Assembly: GCA_965205865.1 (NCBI GenBank) | Contig: CBDBHR010000029.1 | Coordinates: forward strand, 384,001-448,000 | Source of the DNA: a bacterium | GTDB taxonomy: Bacteria; SAR324; NAC60-12 | DNA length: 64,000 nucleotides | Reading direction: 5' to 3' | Part shown: in pieces, positions 30,830 through 39,464 of the stretch | How the letters are laid out: every line of letters starts with the position of its first letter | Numbering within the stretch: position 1 is the first letter of the stretch | Program-made: the position numbers and the translations under genes | The notes under the pieces: model-generated | What the model was told of the DNA's origin: nothing | What the model saw: the letters and a program-made list of their open reading frames with translations, nothing else | Databases searched by the model: none

Positions 30830-31798
30830 TTACATTTTGAAAGGGGAGATCAGTCGGGCCAGGAAGCCTCGTTTGCGTTTCTTTGCGGCGCCGTAACTGC
30901 CCTGACCGCCCCGCATCCGGGGGTCGAGCAGGTCCCTGAGGGCGTCGCCGAACATGTTGAGGGAGTAAACGACAATAGTCAGGCAAAGGCCAGGCCAGAG
31001 CGCCAGCCGTGGCGCCATCTCCATGTAGAGACGTCCTTCCCGGCTGAGCATCCCTCCCCAGCTGGGAAACTCTACGGGCAGACCGAATCCCAGGAAGCTC
31101 AGAGAAGCCTCAGCCATAATCACCCCCCCGATGTTGATGGAGAAGACGATGATGATCGGTGCCATGATATTGGGCAGGACATGGCGGATCAGGATTTGGC
31201 TCGTGGGGGTGCCCACCGCCCGGGCGGCCAGAAAATAGTCATTCTCTTTTATGCCGATCACCGCGCCTCGCATGATTCGAGAACCGCCGATGCCGCCGGC
31301 AATCCCCAGGACCACGATGATTTGGAGGAGACCCTGTCCCACGATGGACATGATGGTCAACAACAAAAGCAGCCCCGGAAAAGCCATCCAGGCATCGACA
31401 AAGCGCTGCATGGCCAGGTCCACTTTCCCACCCAGAAATCCGGAAATGCCGCCGATCAGGACAGCGACCACCACATTAATGGTCGTCGCTGCCAGACCTA
31501 CCGCTAAGGAAAGACGAGCCCCGTAGATCATGCGGCTCAATATGTCTCGCCCCGCGAAGTCGGTACCCAACAGATACCGGGCTGATGGGCCCTGCATCCT
31601 GTCTATCAGGTTTATTTTCATATAAGGATAAGGAGCCAGAGCCTCGGTGAAGATCGCCACCAGAATCAAGAGCAATATGATAATCCCACAGGCAGTCCCC
31701 AGGGGCTTCTCCCTGACCAGCCTGATCAAGAATGCAGCCAGCCGGCCCCGTCGCTTGGGCTCGATGATTTCGGTTGGTGTCTCTGTGGTGTTGTTCAT
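30830..31798 (-). CDS. Peptide/nickel ABC permease (DppC/OppC-like)
   Basis: LLGTDFAGRDILSR, HVLPN, EASLSFLG, GDALRDLLDPR. Confidence 0.92.
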   Translation of the reverse strand: MNNTTETPTEIIEPKRRGRLAAFLIRLVREKPLGTACGIIILLLILVAIFTEALAPYPYMKINLIDRMQGPSARYLLGTDFAGRDILSRMIYGARLSLAVGLAATTINVVVAVLIGGISGFLGGKVDLAMQRFVDAWMAFPGLLLLLTIMSIVGQGLLQIIVVLGIAGGIGGSRIMRGAVIGIKENDYFLAARAVGTPTSQILIRHVLPNIMAPIIIVFSINIGGVIMAEASLSFLGFGLPVEFPSWGGMLSREGRLYMEMAPRLALWPGLCLTIVVYSLNMFGDALRDLLDPRMRGGQGSYGAAKKRKRGFLARLISPFKM

Positions 31799-31883
31799 GT
31801 CCTTGATTTTTCTATAATACAGTCCCGAAGGGACTTCTCCTTATATACGAATCTCAAACCTATATTTACCAGAAGCATAACGA

Positions 31884-32897
31884 CTATTCATACCTCACCC
31901 TCGGGTCCAAATAGGGATAAATCAGGTCGATGAGGAGATTGCTTCCCATCACGACGACGCCGAAAAACAGGTTGATTCCGGAGATCACCGGGTAGTCTCT
32001 GTCAGTGAGGGCATCCACCATGAGACGACCTAGCCCCGGCAGCATAAAGACGTTCTCCATGATCACGGCGCCCCCGACCACGATCGGCAACTGCATGCCG
32101 ATCAGGGAGACCACCGGGATGAGGGCATTTTTGATGGTGTGTCGGATAATCACGACCCGCTCCTTGAGACCCTTGGACCAGGCCGTCCTGATATAGTCCT
32201 GCCGGAGCACCTCCAGCATCATGGTGCGCGTCATCCGCATGGTGGCGGCTGACGAGGCCGTCCCCAGAATCAGGCTGGGAATGAGGAGCATGCCGAGATT
32301 CCCCAGCGGGTCTTCGGTGAAAGGAACCCACTCCATCGGTGGCGACCATCTCCACCAGATGGCCGGGTAGATCATGACCATCAGTCCCAGCCAGAAGTTA
32401 GGCGTGGCCAGGCCGAGGATGGCGATGGAGCGCCCCACATAGTCAGCGGCAGTATCCTGGCGAATCGCCGAGTAGATGCCGACTGGCAGGGCGATCAAGA
32501 CCCCGATTACGATTGCCATGACACCAAGCTCAATGGTGACCGGCAATCTCTCTATTATCTTCTCCTCTACCGTCCAAAGGCCGCCCATCAGTGAGTCGCC
32601 CAGGGTGCCCTGGAGGAGACCTTTCAAGTGGGACTCACCGCTAACCCAGTCAGGGGTCGGCAACACTCCTATCCAGCGTCCATACTGCACCCAGACCGGC
32701 ACGTCCAGTCCCAGCAAACGCTCCAGAGCTTCACGGTCAATCTTGCCACCAAATCCCGAATCCGGACCTAAATTTCTGGCCACCATCAGGTCTATTACAT
32801 CGCCCGGGATGAAGCGCACCGAGAGGAAGACCAGGATGGTCAAGATAAACAGGGTGGGAATGATCAGCAATACCCGCCTGATGAGATAGGCTTTCAT
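31884..32897 (-). CDS. Peptide/nickel ABC permease (DppB/OppB-like)
   Basis: YLIRR, RLPVTIEL, QDYIRTAWSKGL, LDPRVR; GGAGG RBS. Confidence 0.92.
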   Translation of the reverse strand: MKAYLIRRVLLIIPTLFILTILVFLSVRFIPGDVIDLMVARNLGPDSGFGGKIDREALERLLGLDVPVWVQYGRWIGVLPTPDWVSGESHLKGLLQGTLGDSLMGGLWTVEEKIIERLPVTIELGVMAIVIGVLIALPVGIYSAIRQDTAADYVGRSIAILGLATPNFWLGLMVMIYPAIWWRWSPPMEWVPFTEDPLGNLGMLLIPSLILGTASSAATMRMTRTMMLEVLRQDYIRTAWSKGLKERVVIIRHTIKNALIPVVSLIGMQLPIVVGGAVIMENVFMLPGLGRLMVDALTDRDYPVISGINLFFGVVVMGSNLLIDLIYPYLDPRVRYE

Positions 32898-32911
32898 GTG
32901 ACACACCTCCT

Positions 32912-32997
32912 TGTCATTGCGAGCCCCGATTTATCGGGGCGTGGCAATCTCGTTGCTCCACCAGATTGCTTCGTCGCTAACGCTCCTCGCAATGACA
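32912..32997. repeat. REP-like hairpin TGTCATTGCGAG...CTCGCAATGACA between SBP and permease genes
   Basis: 12-bp terminal IR with internal GCAATCT/AGATTGC IR. Confidence 0.75.
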
Positions 32998-33026
32998 AAC
33001 TATGCACGAACTTTTGCCCTACGTTA

Positions 33027-34895
33027 CTAAAACCCCATTTCTTCCTTCAGATCCTGGTCAATCCAAAGGTGGATCAAGACGCTAACCATATTCGTAGTAT
33101 CCATGTCCATTTCACCGTTAAAACCTTTGAGCCACGGCTGGTTCAAGTTATATACTGGAGCGATAGGAGTCCATATATTCTTGTGCTGCTTTATTATGAG
33201 CATATCTGCCTCGATACCCGGTCTCTTCTGCTCCTCCTCGGTGGTAGCGGCTAAAAAGGCCTCATAGACGGCGTCCATCTCAGGGGTCTCGATTGTGCCC
33301 CCCCATTCGCGTTGAAATAGGTTCTCACTGCGATACCAGTCTGCCCACGCTGAAGGGGTGCGATTAAAGCCCAGGTCGCCAGAGGCCATCTCATAATTAT
33401 GGTCTGATACAAGACCGACCCAAGTAGCCGTGTCAACAATATTAATCGTTACCTCAACGCCAATCTCAGCCCAGTAGCCGGCAGCTATTTCTGCATAGCC
33501 CAAATCATAGTTGGGATGGCGGTGGTGATGGGTGACCTTGAATCGAACGCCGTCCGCGCCGCGCGGATATCCAGCCTCATCAAGGAGCTTCTCAGCACCT
33601 TCCGGGTCATACCTGTAGTATTGCTTGACCTCTTCGGGCCACTCTTCAAATGGGGTGTACCACCCCGGGAAGGCAAACCCTATATGCCCCATGGGTACCC
33701 ACTTTGCGAAACCGCCAAAGTAGGTATTGTTAATCGTCTCGAGGTCGATTGCCATCTGCAGTGCGTGGCGCACCCTGACGTCGTCAAAGGGCGGCTTGCG
33801 GTGATTCAGAAGAAAAGTCCCGAGCGCCCGAAAGAAACCAGCGGTCACCTGGACTTCGGGGTTGGTCCGCTGGAGGCTCGTTACTAAGTCGCGGTTCACT
33901 AGAGTAGTGCCGCCGCCGGCGGCATGTACTATATCAACCTTACCCGTGCGTAGTGCCGATACACGTGCTGCTTCTTCTGGCATATACAGGCCCCTTATCT
34001 CGTCAATATAGGGCAGGCGGTTCTCGGGGTATTTTGGGTCGTAGCCCCAGTAGTCAGGATTCTTGACATAGGTTTTCGAGACGTCTTCGACATAGTCAGT
34101 CATCATCAGGGGTCCGGTGCCGACCACGTTCCGCCAATCGTTGTAGTCGCCGTATTGCTCGATTACCTCGGGGGGTAATATCCAAAAATTAGAGTCGGCG
34201 AAGATAACCGCCAGCGCACTGAGGTATGGCTCCTTCAGCTTGATAACAACCGTATATTTGTCGGTGGCCTCTATCGATTCCCATGGCAGGTAGTAAGCCG
34301 GGCCTGGCTGCTGGGGACGTTCGGTGAACTTGCCCAGACCCAACATACGGTGAAAGGTGTATTCGACATCCTCGGCAGTTAGCTCCCGACCGTTCATCGG
34401 TGGCTTATTCTGCCAGTGAACGCCCTTGCGGATGTGGAAGATGATAGTTGTATCGTCGGGCTGCTCCCAGCTTTCCGCCAGCCCCCCTGTAAGGGCAGGT
34501 CCTCTATAGGGGAACCAGGTTGAAAAGTCCCATACGTCCCTATCTATTCCCCAGTCCGCCCAGGCGAGCTTCTCCTGAACGGCAATGATTTGGAACGTCG
34601 CATAGCCGCCAGTAAAGGGGTCAGTAGTATCGCCCTTTGATACGTAGGGAAAGGTGATTGTCCCGCCGTACTCGGGTGCGCTCACCATCACACCAGTGGT
34701 GGGATCTGTGACCATCTTTTTCTCGGCAGCCACGGCCGGGCTGCCCAAGAAAACTGCCACCCCCATGATGAAGGCCAGCAGGGTTGCAATGAATTTTGAA
34801 ATACTCCATTGATTATCCGTCTTTTCCCTTTCGATTTGATGTTTAAAACTAAGGATTGATTTGAAACATGCGTTCATTCGTTTTTTTAAAGACAT
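33027..34895 (-). CDS. Family-5 ABC substrate-binding protein (start uncertain: 34895 has AGGAGG, 34964 also has an RBS)
   Basis: PEYGGT, LAESW, VGTGP, PPFDDVRVRHAL, LLDEAGYP. Confidence 0.9.
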   Translation of the reverse strand: MSLKKRMNACFKSILSFKHQIEREKTDNQWSISKFIATLLAFIMGVAVFLGSPAVAAEKKMVTDPTTGVMVSAPEYGGTITFPYVSKGDTTDPFTGGYATFQIIAVQEKLAWADWGIDRDVWDFSTWFPYRGPALTGGLAESWEQPDDTTIIFHIRKGVHWQNKPPMNGRELTAEDVEYTFHRMLGLGKFTERPQQPGPAYYLPWESIEATDKYTVVIKLKEPYLSALAVIFADSNFWILPPEVIEQYGDYNDWRNVVGTGPLMMTDYVEDVSKTYVKNPDYWGYDPKYPENRLPYIDEIRGLYMPEEAARVSALRTGKVDIVHAAGGGTTLVNRDLVTSLQRTNPEVQVTAGFFRALGTFLLNHRKPPFDDVRVRHALQMAIDLETINNTYFGGFAKWVPMGHIGFAFPGWYTPFEEWPEEVKQYYRYDPEGAEKLLDEAGYPRGADGVRFKVTHHHRHPNYDLGYAEIAAGYWAEIGVEVTINIVDTATWVGLVSDHNYEMASGDLGFNRTPSAWADWYRSENLFQREWGGTIETPEMDAVYEAFLAATTEEEQKRPGIEADMLIIKQHKNIWTPIAPVYNLNQPWLKGFNGEMDMDTTNMVSVLIHLWIDQDLKEEMGF

Positions 34896-34929
34896 ACGTC
34901 CTCCTTTATTTTTATTTAGATTGAAAGAA

Positions 34930-35058
34930 TAAAAATTCATTTTCTGCTTACGTGATTTCAACATAGGGTTCTCCTTATAAAAAATGTAGGAAAAAAATTC
35001 ATTTTCTGCTTACGTGATTTCAACATGTTGTTCTCCTTATAAAAAATGTAGGAAAAAA
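34930..35058. repeat. 62-bp tandem duplication spanning RBS and start codon
   Basis: aaaaattcattttctgcttacgtgatttcaacat..ttctccttataaaaaatgtaggaaaaaa occurs twice. Confidence 0.85.
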
Positions 35059-35075
35059 GGACGCACTCAGGCGTC
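35053..35075 (-). terminator. Short hairpin plus U-tract in the SBP leader (possible attenuator)
   Basis: Minus strand GACGC-CTGAGT-GCGTC-CTTTTTT; similar hairpin at 21827-21844. Confidence 0.45.
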
Positions 35076-35220
35076 GATGATTTTCCAAATTCCCCATTGC
35101 CCTTCTGTTACTGGAACGGGGAACGAGTGATCTTAAGGATCTCTCCCTGATGTCGAGATAATATAAGGGGGTAGAACTTGGGATTGGGGACTTGTGACTT
35201 GTTGCTTGGAACTTATTACT

Positions 35221-35328
35221 GGGAACTGGGAACTGGGAACTGGGAACTGGGAACTGGGAACTGGGAACTGGGAACTGGGAATTGGGAATTGGGAATTGGG
35301 AATTGGGAATTGGGAATTGGGAATTGGG
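35221..35328. repeat. Heptamer tandem repeat (GGGAACT)8(GGGAATT)7
   Basis: Counted directly in sequence. Confidence 0.95.
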
Positions 35329-35462
35329 TGTTTGATCTTACTCTCATATCTACCTTATTGTCAATAATTTTTTATAATTGAAACGGGTTAATTCCAGACT
35401 TTCATGTCATCCTGAGCAAAGCGAAGGGTCTCATTATTGCCCTTCTGTCTCTGGAATAAAAT

Positions 35463-35493
35463 ATTGTATAATTGCTCTGCAAATGTTTGTCAA
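35463..35493 (-). promoter_or_regulatory. Sigma70-like promoter of the SBP operon
   Basis: TTGACA-N17-TATACAAT on the minus strand; conserved at about 41874-41904. Confidence 0.5.
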
Positions 35494-35566
35494 GCATTTA
35501 AGGCTATCTGTTCTCAGCTAACCGTTTTCACTGACAAAAAAACGGTATATCAATATGATTCAAAAA

Positions 35567-35792
35567 CTGGTAGCTGACAGCAGACGGCTAAAAGCCATTT
35601 CGCGACAGCGACTATTTAAGGAATATATTTTATTCTAGCAATAAATCAACTTTTTTTAATCAATATCCGATTTATTTAAATTATTCCCTAACTGATAGCT
35701 GACAGCAGACGGCTAGAAGCCATTTCGCGACAGCGACTATTTGAGGAATATATTTTATTCTAGAAATAAATCAACTTTTTTTAATCAATATC
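35567..35792. repeat. Direct repeat of about 100 bp (period 125)
   Basis: tagctgacagcagacggcta..aatcaatatc at 35567-35667 and 35692-35792. Confidence 0.85.
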
Positions 35793-35932
35793 TGAAAACA
35801 GCATTTTGATGCTCATTCTCACTCAAACATCCATGGATTTGATGATCAAAATCCGATTTCAGAATGATTGCCTTTCTCAGGCAAAAAAATCATCTTGAAA
35901 ATCTGATCTTTTTTCAGAATCGATCAATTTAG
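35790..35932. repeat. Inverted copy of the 5782-5924 repeat
   Basis: Reverse-complement match. Confidence 0.8.
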
Positions 35933-36015
35933 CTTTAACTCTTTACAAAACTCATAATACACAGTAAAATTAAAATCATGTGTATTTAGCTATTCATACT
36001 AAAGAGGAGAATATT

Positions 36016-36222
36016 ATGAAACGAACCAATATAGTGATAGATGAAAATTTAATTGAAAAAGGGCTTGAAGTTACAGGATTATCAACTCGCCGTGCGTTAG
36101 TGGATCATGCTTTACGTGAACTATTAAGGAGAGAATCTCAAAAGAGAATTTTGGAACTGAAAGGTCAAATAAAGTGGGAAGGAGACCTTGATGCTATGCG
36201 TCAAACGAGGTTTCCAGAATGA
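36016..36222 (+). CDS. vapB: VapB family antitoxin
   Basis: MKRTNIVIDENL..WEGDLDAMR; GAGGAG RBS; upstream IR AATACACA/TGTGTATT over a TTTACA-N17-TAAAAT promoter. Confidence 0.85.
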   Translation: MKRTNIVIDENLIEKGLEVTGLSTRRALVDHALRELLRRESQKRILELKGQIKWEGDLDAMRQTRFPE

Positions 36223-36674
36223 TATTAGTCGATACATCCGTGTGGATTGATCTGTTTTCCGGACAAGATACTCCGCATGTTTTAAAACTTGAATCACTAA
36301 TTGAAAATCAAGAAGACCTATGTACTTGTGGCGTCATTATGACAGAAGTATTGCAAGGAATTTGTAATGATCAAGAGTATAGCAAAACACAATTTATCCT
36401 TTCTGGCCTCATTTACTTACCAATGAATCAATCAATATTTGTTCAGTCAGCTAAAATCTACAGAGAATTACGGAAAAAAGGAATTACTATTAGAAAACCA
36501 ATTGATTGTATGATTGCATCTGTTTGCTTGGATCATGAAGCACAACTTTTACATAATGATAGAGATTTTAAATTCATTGCAAACTTATTTCCTCTACAAT
36601 TCACTCATACCACAGAAGGTTATCATGCCATCAATATCGATGTTTTATGGGATAATTGTCTACCTGTACTTTAA
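36219..36674 (+). CDS. vapC: VapC PIN-domain toxin
   Basis: ILVDTSVWID, TEVLQG, IDCMIA, HNDRDF. Confidence 0.9.
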   Translation: MILVDTSVWIDLFSGQDTPHVLKLESLIENQEDLCTCGVIMTEVLQGICNDQEYSKTQFILSGLIYLPMNQSIFVQSAKIYRELRKKGITIRKPIDCMIASVCLDHEAQLLHNDRDFKFIANLFPLQFTHTTEGYHAINIDVLWDNCLPVL

Positions 36675-36894
36675 AGACAATAAACAACACGGGGTTCCTC
36701 ACATTCATGCAAAATATCAGGGGCAAGAAATCGTTATTGCCATTCCTGAAGGTGATATTCTGGAAGGAAGAATTCCAAAACCAAAATTGAAACTTCTTCA
36801 AGCATGGGTCGAAATTCATAGAGATGAATTAGTAGCAGATTGGGAAATAGCTGTTTCAGGACAGCAACCATATAAAATTGAACCTTTGAGGTAA
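36625..36894 (+). CDS. DUF4160 protein (DhiT-like toxin)
   Basis: MPSISMFYGI..H..PHIHAKY..W..IH..EL..W..IEPL. Confidence 0.85.
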   Translation: MPSISMFYGIIVYLYFKDNKQHGVPHIHAKYQGQEIVIAIPEGDILEGRIPKPKLKLLQAWVEIHRDELVADWEIAVSGQQPYKIEPLR

Positions 36895-36896
36895 TC

Positions 36897-37151
36897 ATGA
36901 ATCCAAGAGTGACAGCAGTGACAGCACTGCCGGGTTTTAAATTAGGACTTATTTTTTCAAATGGAGAAGAGGGAATTTATGACTGTTCTGAACTTCTTGA
37001 TTTTGGTGTTTTTAAAGAATTGAAAGATGAAACCTTTTTTAAACAAGTAAAAGTTTGGGATGGTACAATTGTATGGCCTCATGAACAGGATATTTGTCCT
37101 GATACTCTCTACTTAGACTCTAAGAAGATAAATACTGAATCGGGTAAGTGA
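36897..37151 (+). CDS. DUF2442 protein (DhiA-like antitoxin)
   Basis: L.FSNGE..D..GVFKELKD..F..GTIVWP..DICPDTLY. Confidence 0.85.
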   Translation: MNPRVTAVTALPGFKLGLIFSNGEEGIYDCSELLDFGVFKELKDETFFKQVKVWDGTIVWPHEQDICPDTLYLDSKKINTESGK

Positions 37152-37325
37152 GGGATACTCTCCCTCACTCCCCACAACACCCGGCATGCTTGCGAGGCCC
37201 GGCGGCTCCGCAAAGGGCGTTTCATCAACCGGAATGAATAGCCACCCAAATGTCTCTGGGAGAGATGAGTCCTTTAGCAGCGAGATATTCATTTGATAAT
37301 CCAAGTTGGATCCCGAGGGTTTTTT
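37139..37325 (-). mobile_element. 3' remnant of a group IIC intron (RT C-terminus, domains V-VI)
   Basis: KTLGIQLGLSNEYLAAKGLISPRDIWVAIHSG*, then GAGCCGCCGG..CCGGGTGTTGTGGGGAG and GTGAGGGA..TCCCTCACTTACCCGAT. Confidence 0.75.
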
Positions 37326-37512
37326 TGTGGCTGATGGTGGATTCGTTTGACTCTAATCAGGTGCCTGGTGAGGCAGCTATCATTTTTGACTATCAGACGG
37401 TGTAAAACATGAAGACTGAGTGTTTGCCATGACTTTCCATCAGCAAGCGAGGATTTTTACAATTTCTATGCGCTTACCCGTTGAAAGGGTTGATCAGTCG
37501 GGCCAGGGGGCC

Positions 37513-38415
37513 TCATTTGCGTTTGACCTTCGCGGTGCCGTAACTGCCCTCACCGCCCCGCAGCCTCGGGTCGAGCAGATCCCTGACGGCATCGCCGAAC
37601 ATGTTGAGACTATAGACGACGATTGTCAGGCAAAGTCCCGGCCAGAGTGCCAGCCGGGGTGCCATCTCCATGAACTCCCGCCCTTCCCGGCTGAGCATCC
37701 CTCCCCAGCTCGGCACCTTGAGGGGCAGCCCGAATCCCAGGAAACTGAGCGACGCCTCGCTGATAATCACCGCCCCGATGTTGATGGAAAAGATGATGAT
37801 GATCGGCGGCACAATATTGGGCAGCACATGGCGCATCAGAATTCTCCCTTTCGAGCAGCCAATCGCCAACGCGGCCTCAAAATAGACATTCTCTTTGATG
37901 CCAATCACGGCGCCCCGGACCACTCGGGAGCTGCCGATGCCGCCAGCGATCCCCAGGACCACGATGATCTGAGGGAGCCCCCGTCCGGCAATGGACATGA
38001 TGGTTAACAACAAAAGCAGCCCCGGGAAGGCCATCCAGGCATCGACAAAGCGCTGCGCAGCCAGGTCCACTTTTCCTCCCAGGAATCCGGAAATGCTGCC
38101 GATCAGGATGGCGAGGAGCACATTGAGCGCGGTCGCGGCCAGACCGACCGTTAAGGAAATTTGAGCCCCTTAGAGCAGACGGCTGAGGAGGTCTCGCCCC
38201 AACTGGTCGGTCCCCAGCAGATACTTCTCGGAGGGCTCCTGCATCCGGTCAAAGATACTGACTTTATCATAGGGAAGCGGCGCCAGCACATCGGCAAAGA
38301 TCGCCAAAAAAATAAAGATCAAGACGATGATCCCGCCGAACATCCCCAGCGGTTTCTCCTTGACCAACCTGATGAAGAAATTCGCCAATACGTTACGTCG
38401 CTTGGGCTCACTCAT
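37513..38415 (-). pseudogene. DppC-like permease with a single nonsense codon (TAA at 38170-38172)
   Basis: SRLL*GAQISL where the paralog has SRMIYGARLSL; both halves in frame. Confidence 0.85.
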
Positions 38416-39370
38416 ACCGCACTCTCGGGTCCAAATAGGGATAAATCAGGTCGATCAGGAGATTGAGCCCGACCACCCCGGTGGCGAAAAACAGGTTGAT
38501 GCCGGAGATCATCGGGTAGTCTCTGTTATTGAGGGCAGTGAGCAAGAGACGACCGATCCCTGGCAGGTTGAAGATGTTCTCCATGATCACGGAGCCCCCC
38601 ACCAGGATCGGCAACTGCAGGCCGATCAGGGAGACGACCGGGATGAGGGCATTTTTGATGACGTGTCGGATAATCACGATCCGCTCCTGGAGCCCCTTGG
38701 ACCAGGCGGTGCGGATATAGTCCTGCCGGAGCACCTCGAGCATCATGGTGCGCATCATGCGCATGGTGGCGGCCGCTGAAGCTGTCCCCAGAATCAGGCT
38801 GGGGATCAGGAACATCTGAAGGTTGCCTAGCGGGTCCTCTGTGAAATGAATCAATTCCAGCGGCGGCGACCAGCCCCACCAGATGGCCGGGTAGATCATC
38901 ACCATCACACCCAGCCAGAAGTTCGGGGTGGCCAGGCCGATGATGGCCACGGAGCGCCCCGCGTAATCGGCAGCGGTATCCTGGCGAATCGCCGAGTAGA
39001 TGCCCACCGGCAGCGCGATCACCAGCCCGATGAAGATGGCCATGACCCCGAGTTCAATGGTGACCGGCAGTCTCTCCAGGATCGCCTCCCCGATCGATTC
39101 ACCGCTCAGCAGGGATACGCCAAGGTTGCCGTGCCGGAGAATCTCGCCGATCCAGCGTCCATACTGCACGTAGGCCGGCACGTCCAGTCCCAGCTGACGC
39201 GCAAGCGCTTCACGGTCAATCTCCCCACTGGCCACGGACATTTCCATCCTGCCTTGGATGACATCTATGACATCGCCTGGGATGAAGCGCACCGAGAGGA
39301 AAACCAGGATGCTCAAGATAAACAGAGTGGGGAGGATCAGCAATAACCGCCTGATGATATAGACTCTCAT
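38408..39370 (-). CDS. Peptide/nickel ABC permease (DppB/OppB-like)
   Basis: Close paralog of 31884-32897. Confidence 0.92.
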   Translation of the reverse strand: MRVYIIRRLLLILPTLFILSILVFLSVRFIPGDVIDVIQGRMEMSVASGEIDREALARQLGLDVPAYVQYGRWIGEILRHGNLGVSLLSGESIGEAILERLPVTIELGVMAIFIGLVIALPVGIYSAIRQDTAADYAGRSVAIIGLATPNFWLGVMVMIYPAIWWGWSPPLELIHFTEDPLGNLQMFLIPSLILGTASAAATMRMMRTMMLEVLRQDYIRTAWSKGLQERIVIIRHVIKNALIPVVSLIGLQLPILVGGSVIMENIFNLPGIGRLLLTALNNRDYPMISGINLFFATGVVGLNLLIDLIYPYLDPRVRYE

Positions 39371-39409
39371 GTGCCACACCTCATATCATTCCCTACCTAA
39401 CCCCTTTGT

Positions 39410-39439
39410 ATCGTTCCCACGCAGAAGCGTGGGAACGAT
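39410..39439. repeat. REP-like hairpin ATCGTTCCCACGC..GCGTGGGAACGAT
   Basis: Perfect 13-bp IR; half copy at about 48807-48819. Confidence 0.7.
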
Positions 39440-39464
39440 TTCTTGGTCATTAGGTCTGAAATCC

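Noticed and set aside
35178-35381. ORFs made of WELGTGN / SSQFPVP repeats (also 41548-41751)
   Set aside because: Translation artefacts of the heptamer DNA repeat; no RBS support
37160-37270. Possible SAM-I riboswitch (AGATGAG)
   Set aside because: Core SAM-I motifs missing; better explained as group IIC domains V-VI on the minus strand
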